Shown: piece after piece, positions 36,067 to 44,977 of the stretch
Layout: each line of letters starts with the position of its first letter
Position numbering within the stretch: the stretch's first letter is position 1
Source of the DNA: Parcubacteria group bacterium GW2011_GWA2_43_13
GTDB lineage: Bacteria > Patescibacteriota > Patescibacteriia > UBA9629 > GWA2-43-13
Length of the DNA: 64,000 nt
Assembly: GCA_000999025.1 (NCBI GenBank)
Contig: LCFM01000005.1
Location: forward strand, 7,087-71,086
Direction: 5' to 3'
The notes under the pieces: generated by a model
Database searches by the model: none
Told to the model about the DNA's origin: nothing
Seen by the model: only the letters and a program-made list of their open reading frames with translations
Program-made: the position numbers and the translations under genes

Positions 36067-37068
36067 ATGGAACGAGTGATCGTACCCGATGAATTGGAAG
36101 AGGACACTGGTGTGGAGCAGACGCTTCGGCCAGCATGGCTTGCTGATTATATTGGGCAATCAAAAATTAAAGAGAATATCCGTATTTTTATTTCTGCCGC
36201 AAAAATGAGGCAAGAACCATTGGAGCATGTGTTACTCTATGGTCCGCCCGGCCTTGGCAAAACAACTCTTGCGCATGTTATAGCTCATGAAATGGGAACG
36301 CATATACGGGTTACAAGTGGACCAGCTATTGAACGCGCAGGAGATTTGGCTTCTATTTTAACCAATCTTTCTGATGGAGATATTTTATTTATTGATGAAG
36401 TTCATCGTTTAAACCGGCTTATTGAAGAGGTTTTGTATCCTGCTATGGAGGACTATCATTTGGATATTATTATCGGGAAAGGGCCTTCAGCTCGGACGGT
36501 TACAATAGATCTTCCTCATTTTACGTTAATAGGAGCGACAACGCGCGCCAGTTTAATTTCGTCTCCGCTTAGGGATCGTTTTGGCAGTGTGTTTCATCTG
36601 GATTTTTATTCTCACGAGGAAATGAATGATATTATTCAACGTTCTGCTCGGATTTTGTCATTAGCTATTGAGGATGCGGCCACACAGGAAATTGCTCAAA
36701 GATCTCGTAAAACGCCTCGAATAGCGAATCGTCTTTTGCGTCGCGTGCGTGATTACTGTCAAGTAAAAGGGGATGGGAGTATTGGGCATTCAATGACAAA
36801 AGAGTCGCTTGCTCATTTAGATATAGATCATCTTGGTCTTGATTCGGTTGATCGAAAAATACTTCAATTTATTATTGAAAAATATCAAGGCGGTCCTGTC
36901 GGATTGGGAACCATTGCGGCGGCAACGAGTGAAGAAGAGGCGACGATAGAAGATGTGTATGAGCCATTTTTAATACAAATCGGATTTTTGCATCGCACCC
37001 CGCGTGGCAGAATGGCGACTCCTGCGGCATATGACCATTTGGGAGGAGAAGAAAGGAAGTTGCTATGA
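36067..37068 (+). CDS. ruvB: Holliday junction branch-migration ATPase RuvB
   Basis: Walker [12 protein letters not shown], Walker [11 protein letters not shown], sensor and winged-helix regions. Confidence 0.95.
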   Translation: MERVIVPDELEEDTGVEQTLRPAWLADYIGQSKIKENIRIFISAAKMRQEPLEHVLLYGPPGLGKTTLAHVIAHEMGTHIRVTSGPAIERAGDLASILTNLSDGDILFIDEVHRLNRLIEEVLYPAMEDYHLDIIIGKGPSARTVTIDLPHFTLIGATTRASLISSPLRDRFGSVFHLDFYSHEEMNDIIQRSARILSLAIEDAATQEIAQRSRKTPRIANRLLRRVRDYCQVKGDGSIGHSMTKESLAHLDIDHLGLDSVDRKILQFIIEKYQGGPVGLGTIAAATSEEEATIEDVYEPFLIQIGFLHRTPRGRMATPAAYDHLGGEERKLL

Positions 37069-37150
37069 TTCCAAATGCCAGTTTTCAGTGATCACATGTC
37101 TCCGTCAGTTGGCGGATTAAATGTGACATTTGAAAACAGGTATTTGATCT

Positions 37151-38185
37151 ATGAATACTTCATTGTTTGATTATCATCTTCCAAAAGAGCTCATAGCTCA
37201 TGAGCCAATAACACCCCGCGATTCAGCGCGGGTGTTTGTTGTGGAGGGGGAGGTGCGTCATCATGATTTTTTTTATAATATTGGGAAATATGTTAAAAAA
37301 GGCGATATTCTTGTGCGTAATGTTACAAAGGTGTTTCCAGCGCGTCTTTATGCTACAAAAATGACTGGAGGTAAGGTAGAGATTTTATTAGTCCGTCCAT
37401 TAGACGGTTCTCGATGGGAGTGTTTAGTAGGGGGACGCGCAAAAGACGGGATGGAGGTGCGATTCGATTGTAGAGACGTGCCCTTGGCACGTCTCTCGGA
37501 AACGCCCCAGGGGGGCGTCTCTATGATATGGATTATAGATTTCGGGCAAAATATAGATAACCTTGGAACACTCATTGAAACCGCAGGTCAAACGCCCGTG
37601 CCACCATATATTCACACCGATATGGCGGAGCAGGAATTGCGCGACCGATATCAAACAATATATGCGCATAAAAGTGGTTCAGTGGCGGCGCCAACCGCTG
37701 GCCTGCATTTTACTGATGAATTGATAGATCAGTTGAAACGCCAAGGTATTGAATTTTTAGACATTATTTTGCATGTGGGGATTGGCACTTTTTTGCCTGT
37801 AAAAACGAAAAACGTAGAAGATCACTCTATGCATGCCGAGTATGTAGATATCTCAAATGAGGTTGCACAAAAAATATGTTCAGCAAAATATGAAGGCCGA
37901 CGTCTCATCGCTATTGGAACAACTACGACCCGTGCGCTTGAGGCGTGCGCAGATACACTGTTATTAGGTAAAGGATATACAGGCGAGGTGAATATATTTA
38001 TAACGCCTGGATACGAGTTTCGTATGATTGATGGATTGGTGACTAATTTTCATCTTCCAAAATCAACATTACTCATGCTGGTTTCTGCGTTTGCAGGCCG
38101 TGAAAATATCCTTTCTTGTTACCAAGAGGCCATTGCATTGGGCTACACATTTTACTCTTTTGGTGATGCAATGCTGATAAGTTAA
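37151..38185 (+). CDS. queA: S-adenosylmethionine:tRNA ribosyltransferase-isomerase QueA carrying two tandem family-A insertions
   Basis: MNTSLFDYHLPKELIAHEPITPRDSARV... and conserved QueA blocks. 37469-37523 translates as DCRDVPLARLSETPQGGVSM. Confidence 0.9.
   Translation: MNTSLFDYHLPKELIAHEPITPRDSARVFVVEGEVRHHDFFYNIGKYVKKGDILVRNVTKVFPARLYATKMTGGKVEILLVRPLDGSRWECLVGGRAKDGMEVRFDCRDVPLARLSETPQGGVSMIWIIDFGQNIDNLGTLIETAGQTPVPPYIHTDMAEQELRDRYQTIYAHKSGSVAAPTAGLHFTDELIDQLKRQGIEFLDIILHVGIGTFLPVKTKNVEDHSMHAEYVDISNEVAQKICSAKYEGRRLIAIGTTTTRALEACADTLLLGKGYTGEVNIFITPGYEFRMIDGLVTNFHLPKSTLLMLVSAFAGRENILSCYQEAIALGYTFYSFGDAMLIS
37469..37495. repeat. family-A element copy
   Basis: GTAGAGACGTGCCCTTGGCACGTCTCT. 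Confidence 0.65.
37498..37523. repeat. family-A element copy (partial left arm)
   Basis: GAAACGCCCCAGGGGGGCGTCTCTAT. Confidence 0.6.
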
Positions 38186-38412
38186 AAATACGCTGAAATA
38201 AGCCAAAACATGTCTTTTATGGTTGACTTTTTTATGCCAGTGCGCTATACTGTATACAGGTAATTTGAGATTGGATAAGCCCGTAATCGGTACTATGGTA
38301 ACGGGTTTTTTATTTCCACCTTGATGGGTGGCCATCCCTCTTTTGAGGGGGTGCAATAGAACGAGAGGAATGCCACGGATTATGTGTAAGATAGTGCTAT
38401 TCCTTTTGTTCT

Positions 38413-38988
38413 ATGCGGCTCATGTCATATAAAAAATATCTCATAACAATCCATCGGTTTCGCCTCGGATTTGGCATTGCCGCGCTGGTGTTTTTGATGC
38501 ACGTGCTGTTTCCTCAATATGTGCTTGCAAATACTTCCCAGCAGTTTGGAGTGGCGGTACTTGAATTTCCATTAAATGGTGAATGGTTACCTTCAAAAGA
38601 TTTGGTACCTACGGTGGCATCGGTGTATACAGATACAACAGATCAAAAAATTGTTCAAAGTCCTGATTATCAAGTTGTATGGGATCGGTACATGACCATT
38701 ACAGCATATTCCAGTACCCCTGATCAAACAGACGGATCGCCGTATCTTGCGGCTCGGGGTCATGTGGTGCATTGGGGTATGGTTGCGGCCAATGATTTGA
38801 AAATTGGAACACAGGTTCGTATGCCGGATTTATTCGGTGATCAAGTTTTTACTGTACTTGATCGCATGAATGCGCGATACAGTGGCGGATGGCGATTGGA
38901 CGTATGGATGCCGGTGCGTGATGATGCAAAGCGATTTGGCAAACGATATACGCGAGTGGAGATTGTACAGGAAGAAGTATCCCAGTAA
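38413..38988 (+). CDS. 3D-domain (MltA/YabE-like) cell-wall-binding protein with N-terminal membrane anchor
   Basis: C-terminal approximately 100 aa has the 3D-domain pattern (ITAYSSTPDQTDGSPYLAARG...WGMVAANDLKIGTQVRMPDLF...VLDRMNARYSGG). Confidence 0.6.
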   Translation: MRLMSYKKYLITIHRFRLGFGIAALVFLMHVLFPQYVLANTSQQFGVAVLEFPLNGEWLPSKDLVPTVASVYTDTTDQKIVQSPDYQVVWDRYMTITAYSSTPDQTDGSPYLAARGHVVHWGMVAANDLKIGTQVRMPDLFGDQVFTVLDRMNARYSGGWRLDVWMPVRDDAKRFGKRYTRVEIVQEEVSQ

Positions 38989-39000
38989 AATAAATATTAA

Positions 39001-39031
39001 AAAACGGCCATTTCTATCGGCCGTTTTTTAG
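39001..39031. terminator. bidirectional terminator between convergent genes
   Basis: AAAAACGGCCATTTCTATCGGCCGTTTTTT. Confidence 0.6.
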
Positions 39032-39495
39032 TTATGCATGATTTTTAGCGCTGTCAGCGCATAATGGCGGATATGATCGCGGATATCGAGGGTTGGATCA
39101 GTGAGTTCTTTTTTGGTAAACCAGTGGATGTCTTCGCTTTGTTCTTTGCCTTCGTTTTTGACAGTATTGGTGTGCGTTATTGCAAAGTAGGTGAATGTGA
39201 TGTGCTCGTGGGAGTCGCTGATTCTGTGGCGGTTCATAAACATCGGTGGAATCAATTCTGTATAATCATGTGTCTGAATATCAAAGGGTCGTAACGCATC
39301 ATAGAGAGTTATATTAAGGGCTACCTCTTCTTTTACTTCCCTGATTGCGGCTTGATTGGGATCTTCATCTAATCCAATATGTCCGCCAATACTTAACCAT
39401 ATGTTATATTTATCATGTTTCCGTAATAACACGGTGTTTTGATAAACAATAAACACCTCTGTCGTAAAATCTGTTTTTTCATGGATGTGTGGCAT
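39028..39495 (-). CDS. NUDIX hydrolase
   Basis: Nudix box GGHIGLDEDPNQAAIREVKEEVAL. Confidence 0.8.
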   Translation of the reverse strand: MPHIHEKTDFTTEVFIVYQNTVLLRKHDKYNIWLSIGGHIGLDEDPNQAAIREVKEEVALNITLYDALRPFDIQTHDYTELIPPMFMNRHRISDSHEHITFTYFAITHTNTVKNEGKEQSEDIHWFTKKELTDPTLDIRDHIRHYALTALKIMHN

Positions 39496-39559
39496 ATTAC
39501 CAGAGGATACATTTTATATCTCTACACAGAGTCAATGGCAGGTGGTGGCGAGAATCGAG

Positions 39560-39636
39560 TGGGAGGCAACGGCGGGAATCGAACCCGCGTATAAGGGTTT
39601 TGCAGACCCATGCCTTACCACTTGGCTACGTTGCCT
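39560..39636 (-). tRNA. tRNA-Cys (anticodon GCA), CCA encoded
   Basis: Reverse complement AGGCAAC...GTTGCCT acceptor. Anticodon loop CTGCAAA at standard positions 32-38. T-loop GGTTCGATTCC. 3-bp D-stem. Confidence 0.7.
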
Positions 39637-39811
39637 CTCACTCGATTGAATCGCTCCGCACCTTTCCGTTCAATGGGTTTTGGTATTCAACGGAAGAGAG
39701 CGAAGCGGCTCCGCCTCACATCTATGATTTTAAAGAAGATCATTCGCGAGAAAGGTGTGGGGTTGCAGACCCCATGCCTGACCATTGTTGGTTTGTCATT
39801 TGTGTCGGCTT

Positions 39812-39839
39812 GCAGAGACGGGGTTAACCCCGTCTCTGC
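39812..39839. repeat. family-A element copy (GCAGAGACGGGGTTAACCCCGTCTCTGC) in the polA upstream region
   Basis: Canonical centre GGGGTTAACCCC. Located between tRNA-Cys and the polA start. Confidence 0.7.
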
Positions 39840-39957
39840 AACTAAAAACACATCAACTGTACCAAGATTAGTGCCAAAATGCAACTATTCAAAAAGGATG
39901 GAGGAAGGTATACTGGTTGGAGTAATACCACCTCATCTCTCTTGGGGAGGCCGAACT

Positions 39958-42678
39958 ATGAAACGAGAAAAACTCATGATAATTGACGGTAATGCGTTAG
40001 TGCATCGAGCATGGCACGCGATTCCGCCAACCATGAAAACATCAAAGGGTGAGGTAGTGAATGCGGTGTACGGCGTTACCCTTGCTTTGTTGCGGGCGTT
40101 AAAAGATCTTCAGCCGACATATGCGATTATGACATTTGATGAAAAAGGTCCGACATTTCGAGACGAGTTGTTTGATGCATACAAAGCCAATCGCGAAAAA
40201 AAACCAGACGAACTCTATGCCCAAATCCCCCGTATTCGTGAGGTTGCAGAATCGTTAGGTTTGTTTTGCGTGAGCAAACAGGGGGTTGAGGCAGACGATG
40301 TTATTGGCACACTTGCTGAATTATTTAAAAAAGGCACTGATGTTGAAATTTTGACAGGTGATTTAGATACGCTTCAACTTATTGAGGATAACGTAACAGT
40401 GTTTACCTTTAAGCAGGGGGTAAAGGATATGGTAGTGTATGATACTGCCGCAGTTGTTGCGCGATATGGACTGGTGCCGGATCAGATGATTGATTTTAAA
40501 GCGCTACGCGGCGATCCATCGGATAACATTCCCGGGGTAAGGGGGATTGGGGAAAAGGGGGCGATTGAGTTGTTGAAAGAGTTTAAGACGTTGGAGAAGT
40601 TATATGGGTTTTTGGAGAACAGCACCATCCCGTCTCACTTACGGGGATCCACGATAAAGAAATTGAAAGAAGGGAAGAAAGATGCATTCATGAGCAAGGA
40701 ACTTGCTACTATTAAGAGGGATGTGAGTGTTGCGATTGTCAAAGAAGATGCCGAATGGCAAAAAGGAGATACTATTAAAGCACAACATCTTTTTACAGAA
40801 CTTGAGTTTAAATCGTTGTTACCGATTCTCCAGAACTTGAAAAAAGATAATAAAGAAACCGTACTACCATTGGCAATCGAACAGTCCTCTGATGGGCACG
40901 TCTATCGTCTTGTAGAGTTAGATGAGGATATTGTTGCATTGTGTAAAAGAATAGAAAAACAAGAGATTTTTTCTATTGATACAGAAACCACCAGTTTAAA
41001 TCGGTTGGAAGCGCGGGTGATTGGCATCAGTATCTGCTGGAAAGCAGGGGATGCGTATTATATTCCGTTCCTTGGGGATCGACGGCCGGAACAGTACAAA
41101 GAATTAGTGAAATTATTAGAATCAACTGCGTGCAAAAAAGTTGCTCATAACGCAAAATATGATATTGAGGTTTTGGCAAATCACGGAATTACAGTGCACG
41201 GTATGGCTTTTGATACGATGATTGCGGCATATTTATTGCGACCGGATGCCGCAAGTTATAGCTTGGATAATTTGGCATTTTCGGAATTTGGACATCAGAT
41301 GATTCCCATTACATCGTTAATAGGGTCGCGCGGTAAAAATCAAATTACCATGGATATGGCGCCATTGGATAAAGTTGTGGAATACGGGGCAGAAGACGCG
41401 GATTATACATGGCAATTGTATGAACGTCTTGCTCAAGACATTACAGATGAGCAGTTAAAAAAAGTGTTGCTTGATATAGAAATGCCGCTGGTTGAGGTGC
41501 TGGCACGGATGGAGCGTAATGGAGTTGAATTGGATGTTCCATTTCTTAAGAAGATGGGCAAGGAGCTGGGAGACAAACTTTCTAAACTTGAACAAAAAAT
41601 TTATTCATATGCGGGGCGGGAATTTAATATTAATTCTCCCAGCCAGTTAAGCGAAATATTGTTTGATGATTTACAGCTTTCAACTCGCCACGCAAAAAAA
41701 CGAATAAAAGGATTTTCAACTGCGAGCGATGTGTTGGAGCGGCTGGAGCACGAACATCTTATTATCCCATGTATCATGGAATATAGAGAATATTCAAAAC
41801 TTAAATCAACCTATATTGATGCCTTGCCCAAGATGGTAAGCACGCAGACAGGTCGTCTACATACTGACTATAACCAAGCCGTTGCGGCCACCGGTCGTTT
41901 GTCATCCAGTAATCCTAATTTACAGAATATTCCGATTCGAACCGAGGTAGGCAGAAAAATACGTCATGCATTTGTGGCGCCAAAGGGGAAAGTGCTTGTT
42001 GCGGCGGATTATTCTCAAATAGAATTGCGATTGGCCGCGCATTTAGCCAATGACGAAAAGATGATTCAAATTTTTAAAGATAAGAGAGATATTCATACCG
42101 AGACAGCGGCTGTTATCAATAATGTTGATATTAAAGATGTGACGTCTGATATGCGACGGGCCGCTAAAGAAGTAAATTTTGGCGTGCTATATGGAATGGG
42201 CTGGCTGGGGCTTTCGCAACGCACTGGTATTTCGCGCGACGAGGCACAGCGTTTTATAGAACAATATTTTGCGCTTTTCCCTAAAGTCGCGGAATATGTA
42301 GAAGAGACAAAGGCGCTTGCGCGAAAATTGGGATATGTTGAAACCGCATTTGGTCGCAGGCGATATTTGCCAGATATGAATGCCACTGCTCCTCAATTGC
42401 GCGCTCTGGCAGAGCGCATGGCAGTGAATACTCCATTACAGGGGACTGCGGCCGATTTAATGAAACTTGCCATGATTGCGATTGATAAAAAATTACAAGA
42501 CAGGGAATTGATAATTTTGCAAGTACATGATGAGCTTGTATTTGAAGTTTCTGAACATCGGGCAGAGGATGTTGCGAACATGGTGGTTGAAGAAATGGAA
42601 ACAGTAGAAAAATTTCGTGTACCGATAGTTGTGGAAGTGCATGTTGGCCATAATTGGGGAAGTATGAAACCATTATGA
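39958..42678 (+). CDS. polA: DNA polymerase I
   Basis: Start at ATG 39958 with GGGGAGG RBS. 5-prime-nuclease domain, 3-5-prime exo-like domain and polymerase motifs A-C (DYSQIELR, RRAAKEVNFGVLYG, QVHDELVFE). The ORF-track extension back to 39610 overlaps tRNA-Cys. Confidence 0.95.
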   Translation: MKREKLMIIDGNALVHRAWHAIPPTMKTSKGEVVNAVYGVTLALLRALKDLQPTYAIMTFDEKGPTFRDELFDAYKANREKKPDELYAQIPRIREVAESLGLFCVSKQGVEADDVIGTLAELFKKGTDVEILTGDLDTLQLIEDNVTVFTFKQGVKDMVVYDTAAVVARYGLVPDQMIDFKALRGDPSDNIPGVRGIGEKGAIELLKEFKTLEKLYGFLENSTIPSHLRGSTIKKLKEGKKDAFMSKELATIKRDVSVAIVKEDAEWQKGDTIKAQHLFTELEFKSLLPILQNLKKDNKETVLPLAIEQSSDGHVYRLVELDEDIVALCKRIEKQEIFSIDTETTSLNRLEARVIGISICWKAGDAYYIPFLGDRRPEQYKELVKLLESTACKKVAHNAKYDIEVLANHGITVHGMAFDTMIAAYLLRPDAASYSLDNLAFSEFGHQMIPITSLIGSRGKNQITMDMAPLDKVVEYGAEDADYTWQLYERLAQDITDEQLKKVLLDIEMPLVEVLARMERNGVELDVPFLKKMGKELGDKLSKLEQKIYSYAGREFNINSPSQLSEILFDDLQLSTRHAKKRIKGFSTASDVLERLEHEHLIIPCIMEYREYSKLKSTYIDALPKMVSTQTGRLHTDYNQAVAATGRLSSSNPNLQNIPIRTEVGRKIRHAFVAPKGKVLVAADYSQIELRLAAHLANDEKMIQIFKDKRDIHTETAAVINNVDIKDVTSDMRRAAKEVNFGVLYGMGWLGLSQRTGISRDEAQRFIEQYFALFPKVAEYVEETKALARKLGYVETAFGRRRYLPDMNATAPQLRALAERMAVNTPLQGTAADLMKLAMIAIDKKLQDRELIILQVHDELVFEVSEHRAEDVANMVVEEMETVEKFRVPIVVEVHVGHNWGSMKPL

Positions 42679-43655
42679 TCATTTTTTTTTACGGCGAAGA
42701 TACATTTCGCGCTCATGAAAAAGTTGAGGAGATAAAGGCGAAATTCATGCGTGAGATTGATGCGACTGGCAATGGCACCACAAGCGTTGATAGTCAAGAT
42801 ATTGTTATTGACGATCTTGCTCGGCTTATGGCAAGCGGGGGCGGGTTTTTTAGTGCAAAGCGGTTGATTATATTGAAAAATCCTTTTTTTGCAAAAAAAG
42901 CATGGAAAGATGCGTTGTGCGAATTGATTCCTTCTTTTATCACAGAAACAGGGAGTGATGCGAATATGTTGTTGATTTGGCAGGCCGGCAGTATTGATAA
43001 GCGGGAGGCATTGTGGAACAGTTTAAAAGATGCGCCATTTAAACAGGAGTGGGTACTTTTGCAAGGCGGATTATTGAGTCAGTGGGTCAAGAAGCGATTC
43101 GAGCAGTATGGTATGGAGTGCGATTTTGATGCGCAGATGTTGTTAGAAGCGTGCGTTGGTCCTGATCTGTGCCATATGAATCATGAAATAGAAAAAGTGA
43201 GTGCGTATGCCATGGCGCAGGGAAGGTCGGGCGTTATTTTGAGCGATGTGCAACAGTTGGTAGAAGCGCGGTTTAATGACGATATTTTTGGACTCATGGA
43301 TGCTGTAAGCGGTAAACAGAATCAAAAAGCAGTGTTTTTACTGAATGATCAATGGCGTGCTGGAGCCGATCCTTTGTATGTCTTGGGTATGCTTATTCGT
43401 CAGTTTCGGATTTTAGCATTAGTCAAACACAAGAGTGATATTACACCGGTTTCAGCTCGCAGTATTGCTCAAGAATTATCACTCCATCCTTTTGTTGTAG
43501 AAAAAGCAATCAAGCAGAGTAAAAATTTTTCATGGCATCGTTTGATTGAGGCGTATCATGCGCTGGTGCGCGTGGATTCAGCGGTAAAAACCAGCGCGTG
43601 TAAAGGAGAAGAGATGGTGGCATATTGTATTGCAAGAGTATTGCTTTCTTCGTGA
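42675..43655 (+). CDS. holA: DNA polymerase III delta subunit
   Basis: MIIFFYGEDTFRAHEKVEEIK... N-terminus typical of HolA. ATGA overlap with the polA stop. Confidence 0.7.
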   Translation: MIIFFYGEDTFRAHEKVEEIKAKFMREIDATGNGTTSVDSQDIVIDDLARLMASGGGFFSAKRLIILKNPFFAKKAWKDALCELIPSFITETGSDANMLLIWQAGSIDKREALWNSLKDAPFKQEWVLLQGGLLSQWVKKRFEQYGMECDFDAQMLLEACVGPDLCHMNHEIEKVSAYAMAQGRSGVILSDVQQLVEARFNDDIFGLMDAVSGKQNQKAVFLLNDQWRAGADPLYVLGMLIRQFRILALVKHKSDITPVSARSIAQELSLHPFVVEKAIKQSKNFSWHRLIEAYHALVRVDSAVKTSACKGEEMVAYCIARVLLSS

Positions 43656-43665
43656 TATAAAAATA

Positions 43666-43693
43666 ATGAGACGCCCCAACGGGGCGTCTCTAC
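43666..43693. repeat. family-A element copy at convergent junction holA/rpsT; probable bidirectional terminator
   Basis: ATGAGACGCCCCAACGGGGCGTCTCTAC, 10 bp after the holA stop and 12 bp after the rpsT stop. Confidence 0.7.
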
Positions 43694-43704
43694 AATTTCT
43701 ACAA

Positions 43705-43977
43705 TTATGCGGTTTTGAGGGTATTAAGTCGTTTCATGAGCCGCGATTTTTTACGAGCTGCGGTATTTTTTTTGATAACTTTTTTTTGCGCGGCTTTATC
43801 TATTTCCTTGATTGCTGTATACACCTTGCCCCACGCGTCAATGCGATTCGGTTGCGTGCTGATGATTTTTGTTGCATCTTTTACGGCATCTTTCACTTTG
43901 CGTTTGATGGTGCGATTTTGGGAAGTTCTTTTTTCCGTTTGCCGCACATGTTTAAATGCTGATTTCTTGACTGGCAT
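43705..43977 (-). CDS. rpsT: 30S ribosomal protein S20
   Basis: MPVKKSAFKHVRQTEKRTSQNRTIKRKVK... basic helical bS20. Confidence 0.85.
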   Translation of the reverse strand: MPVKKSAFKHVRQTEKRTSQNRTIKRKVKDAVKDATKIISTQPNRIDAWGKVYTAIKEIDKAAQKKVIKKNTAARKKSRLMKRLNTLKTA

Positions 43978-44044
43978 AAGATAAATGTATTACATATATA
44001 CAAGACGTACAAAACCATATCATACTTTATTTGTCAGCGCAAGA

Positions 44045-44968
44045 TCATGGCAGTTTTTGCAGTTTTTCCTGTGGAGTAAGCCATTGTTGTTCAATGCGGG
44101 ATGCCGGGACTGTATAAGTGAATTCTTTATTGGTCCCTTGAACATAATACTCTTCTTTATCCGATACTTTTGCGCTAATCGTAATAATTATTGGGGTTGT
44201 ATCTTTTTTATTCAGTATCATCTGCGCGAATGGCGAATCAAACGCAGGCGTTATGGATGGGTTGTTTGACGGTATTATATCTGTCGCATCTGTTTCAATA
44301 ATAGAAACCAGAATATCCCTGATTTTTTCAGCATCAAGATCTGTGTCATTTTCTTTCCATTCAAGTTTGTCTTCTTGTTTTGAGAGCTCGCGTGATCTGG
44401 TATTTTGTGTGATGGTTATTTTTTCTATATCAGAAGCTTCAATATCCGGCGCGATGCGCAGGTCGCGCCAATCAATTTGATCAAACGTGAATCTGCAATT
44501 TGGGGAAACAAGGTACACGCTATTTTTGTTTTTAAGACGGAGGTAGCAACTGGCATAATCCAGTCCGCTTTTTCCGATAATAAATTCGGATAACGTATTG
44601 TTTTGAGAGTCGGCTATGCGTACGTTTATCCCGAGTGCGTCTGATATCTCAAGTTCTGTGTGTTTTTGAGCGGTTTCTGCTATTCGTTGTTTGATGCGCA
44701 GATCAGTGAAAAATGATTCAATCTGGTCAATACTATTGTGGCGCACAGGATACCATGTGGCATCTTTTTCTACACGCCATGAATCATCTTTTTTTTGAAG
44801 AGATGCTGTGCCGATAGTGATAGCGCTTGCCGTATCCCATGAAAAAGAATTCCAAAGCGACGATGGGACTGAAGATTGCGAGCGTTGTTGTTGGGTGGAT
44901 TGTTGTATAAAAAACCATCCTGCAATGAGAACACCAAGAATTATCAGCGCGATACAAATTTTTTTCAT
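44045..44968 (-). CDS. membrane-anchored hypothetical protein, possibly DUF4340 family (GldG-associated)
   Basis: N-terminal TM helix. Position directly downstream of the gldG-like gene, as in Gld-type ABC loci. Confidence 0.45.
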   Translation of the reverse strand: MKKICIALIILGVLIAGWFFIQQSTQQQRSQSSVPSSLWNSFSWDTASAITIGTASLQKKDDSWRVEKDATWYPVRHNSIDQIESFFTDLRIKQRIAETAQKHTELEISDALGINVRIADSQNNTLSEFIIGKSGLDYASCYLRLKNKNSVYLVSPNCRFTFDQIDWRDLRIAPDIEASDIEKITITQNTRSRELSKQEDKLEWKENDTDLDAEKIRDILVSIIETDATDIIPSNNPSITPAFDSPFAQMILNKKDTTPIIITISAKVSDKEEYYVQGTNKEFTYTVPASRIEQQWLTPQEKLQKLP

Positions 44969-44977
44969 AGATGTTTG

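Noticed and set aside
38260-38412. c-di-AMP (ydaO) riboswitch upstream of the 3D-domain gene
   Set aside because: Context fits, but the conserved ydaO sequence blocks are not recognisable. Kept only as a low-interest structured-leader finding.
39610-39957. N-terminal 116-codon extension of the polA ORF
   Set aside because: It overlaps tRNA-Cys and a family-A repeat. Conserved PolA sequence, with an RBS, begins at the ATG at 39958.
42675-42678. Possibility of an alternative genetic code (UGA recoding, as in some CPR lineages)
   Set aside because: Several gene pairs end and start with ATGA overlaps where TGA is the stop (flippase/GT4, polA/holA, ECF sigma/downstream). The long conserved genes show no in-frame TGA.
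26276-43693. Possibility that the recurring palindromes are a CRISPR array
   Set aside because: Copies are irregularly spaced across 17 kb and differ in loop length. They lie inside genes, there are no cas genes, and there are no unique spacers of uniform size.
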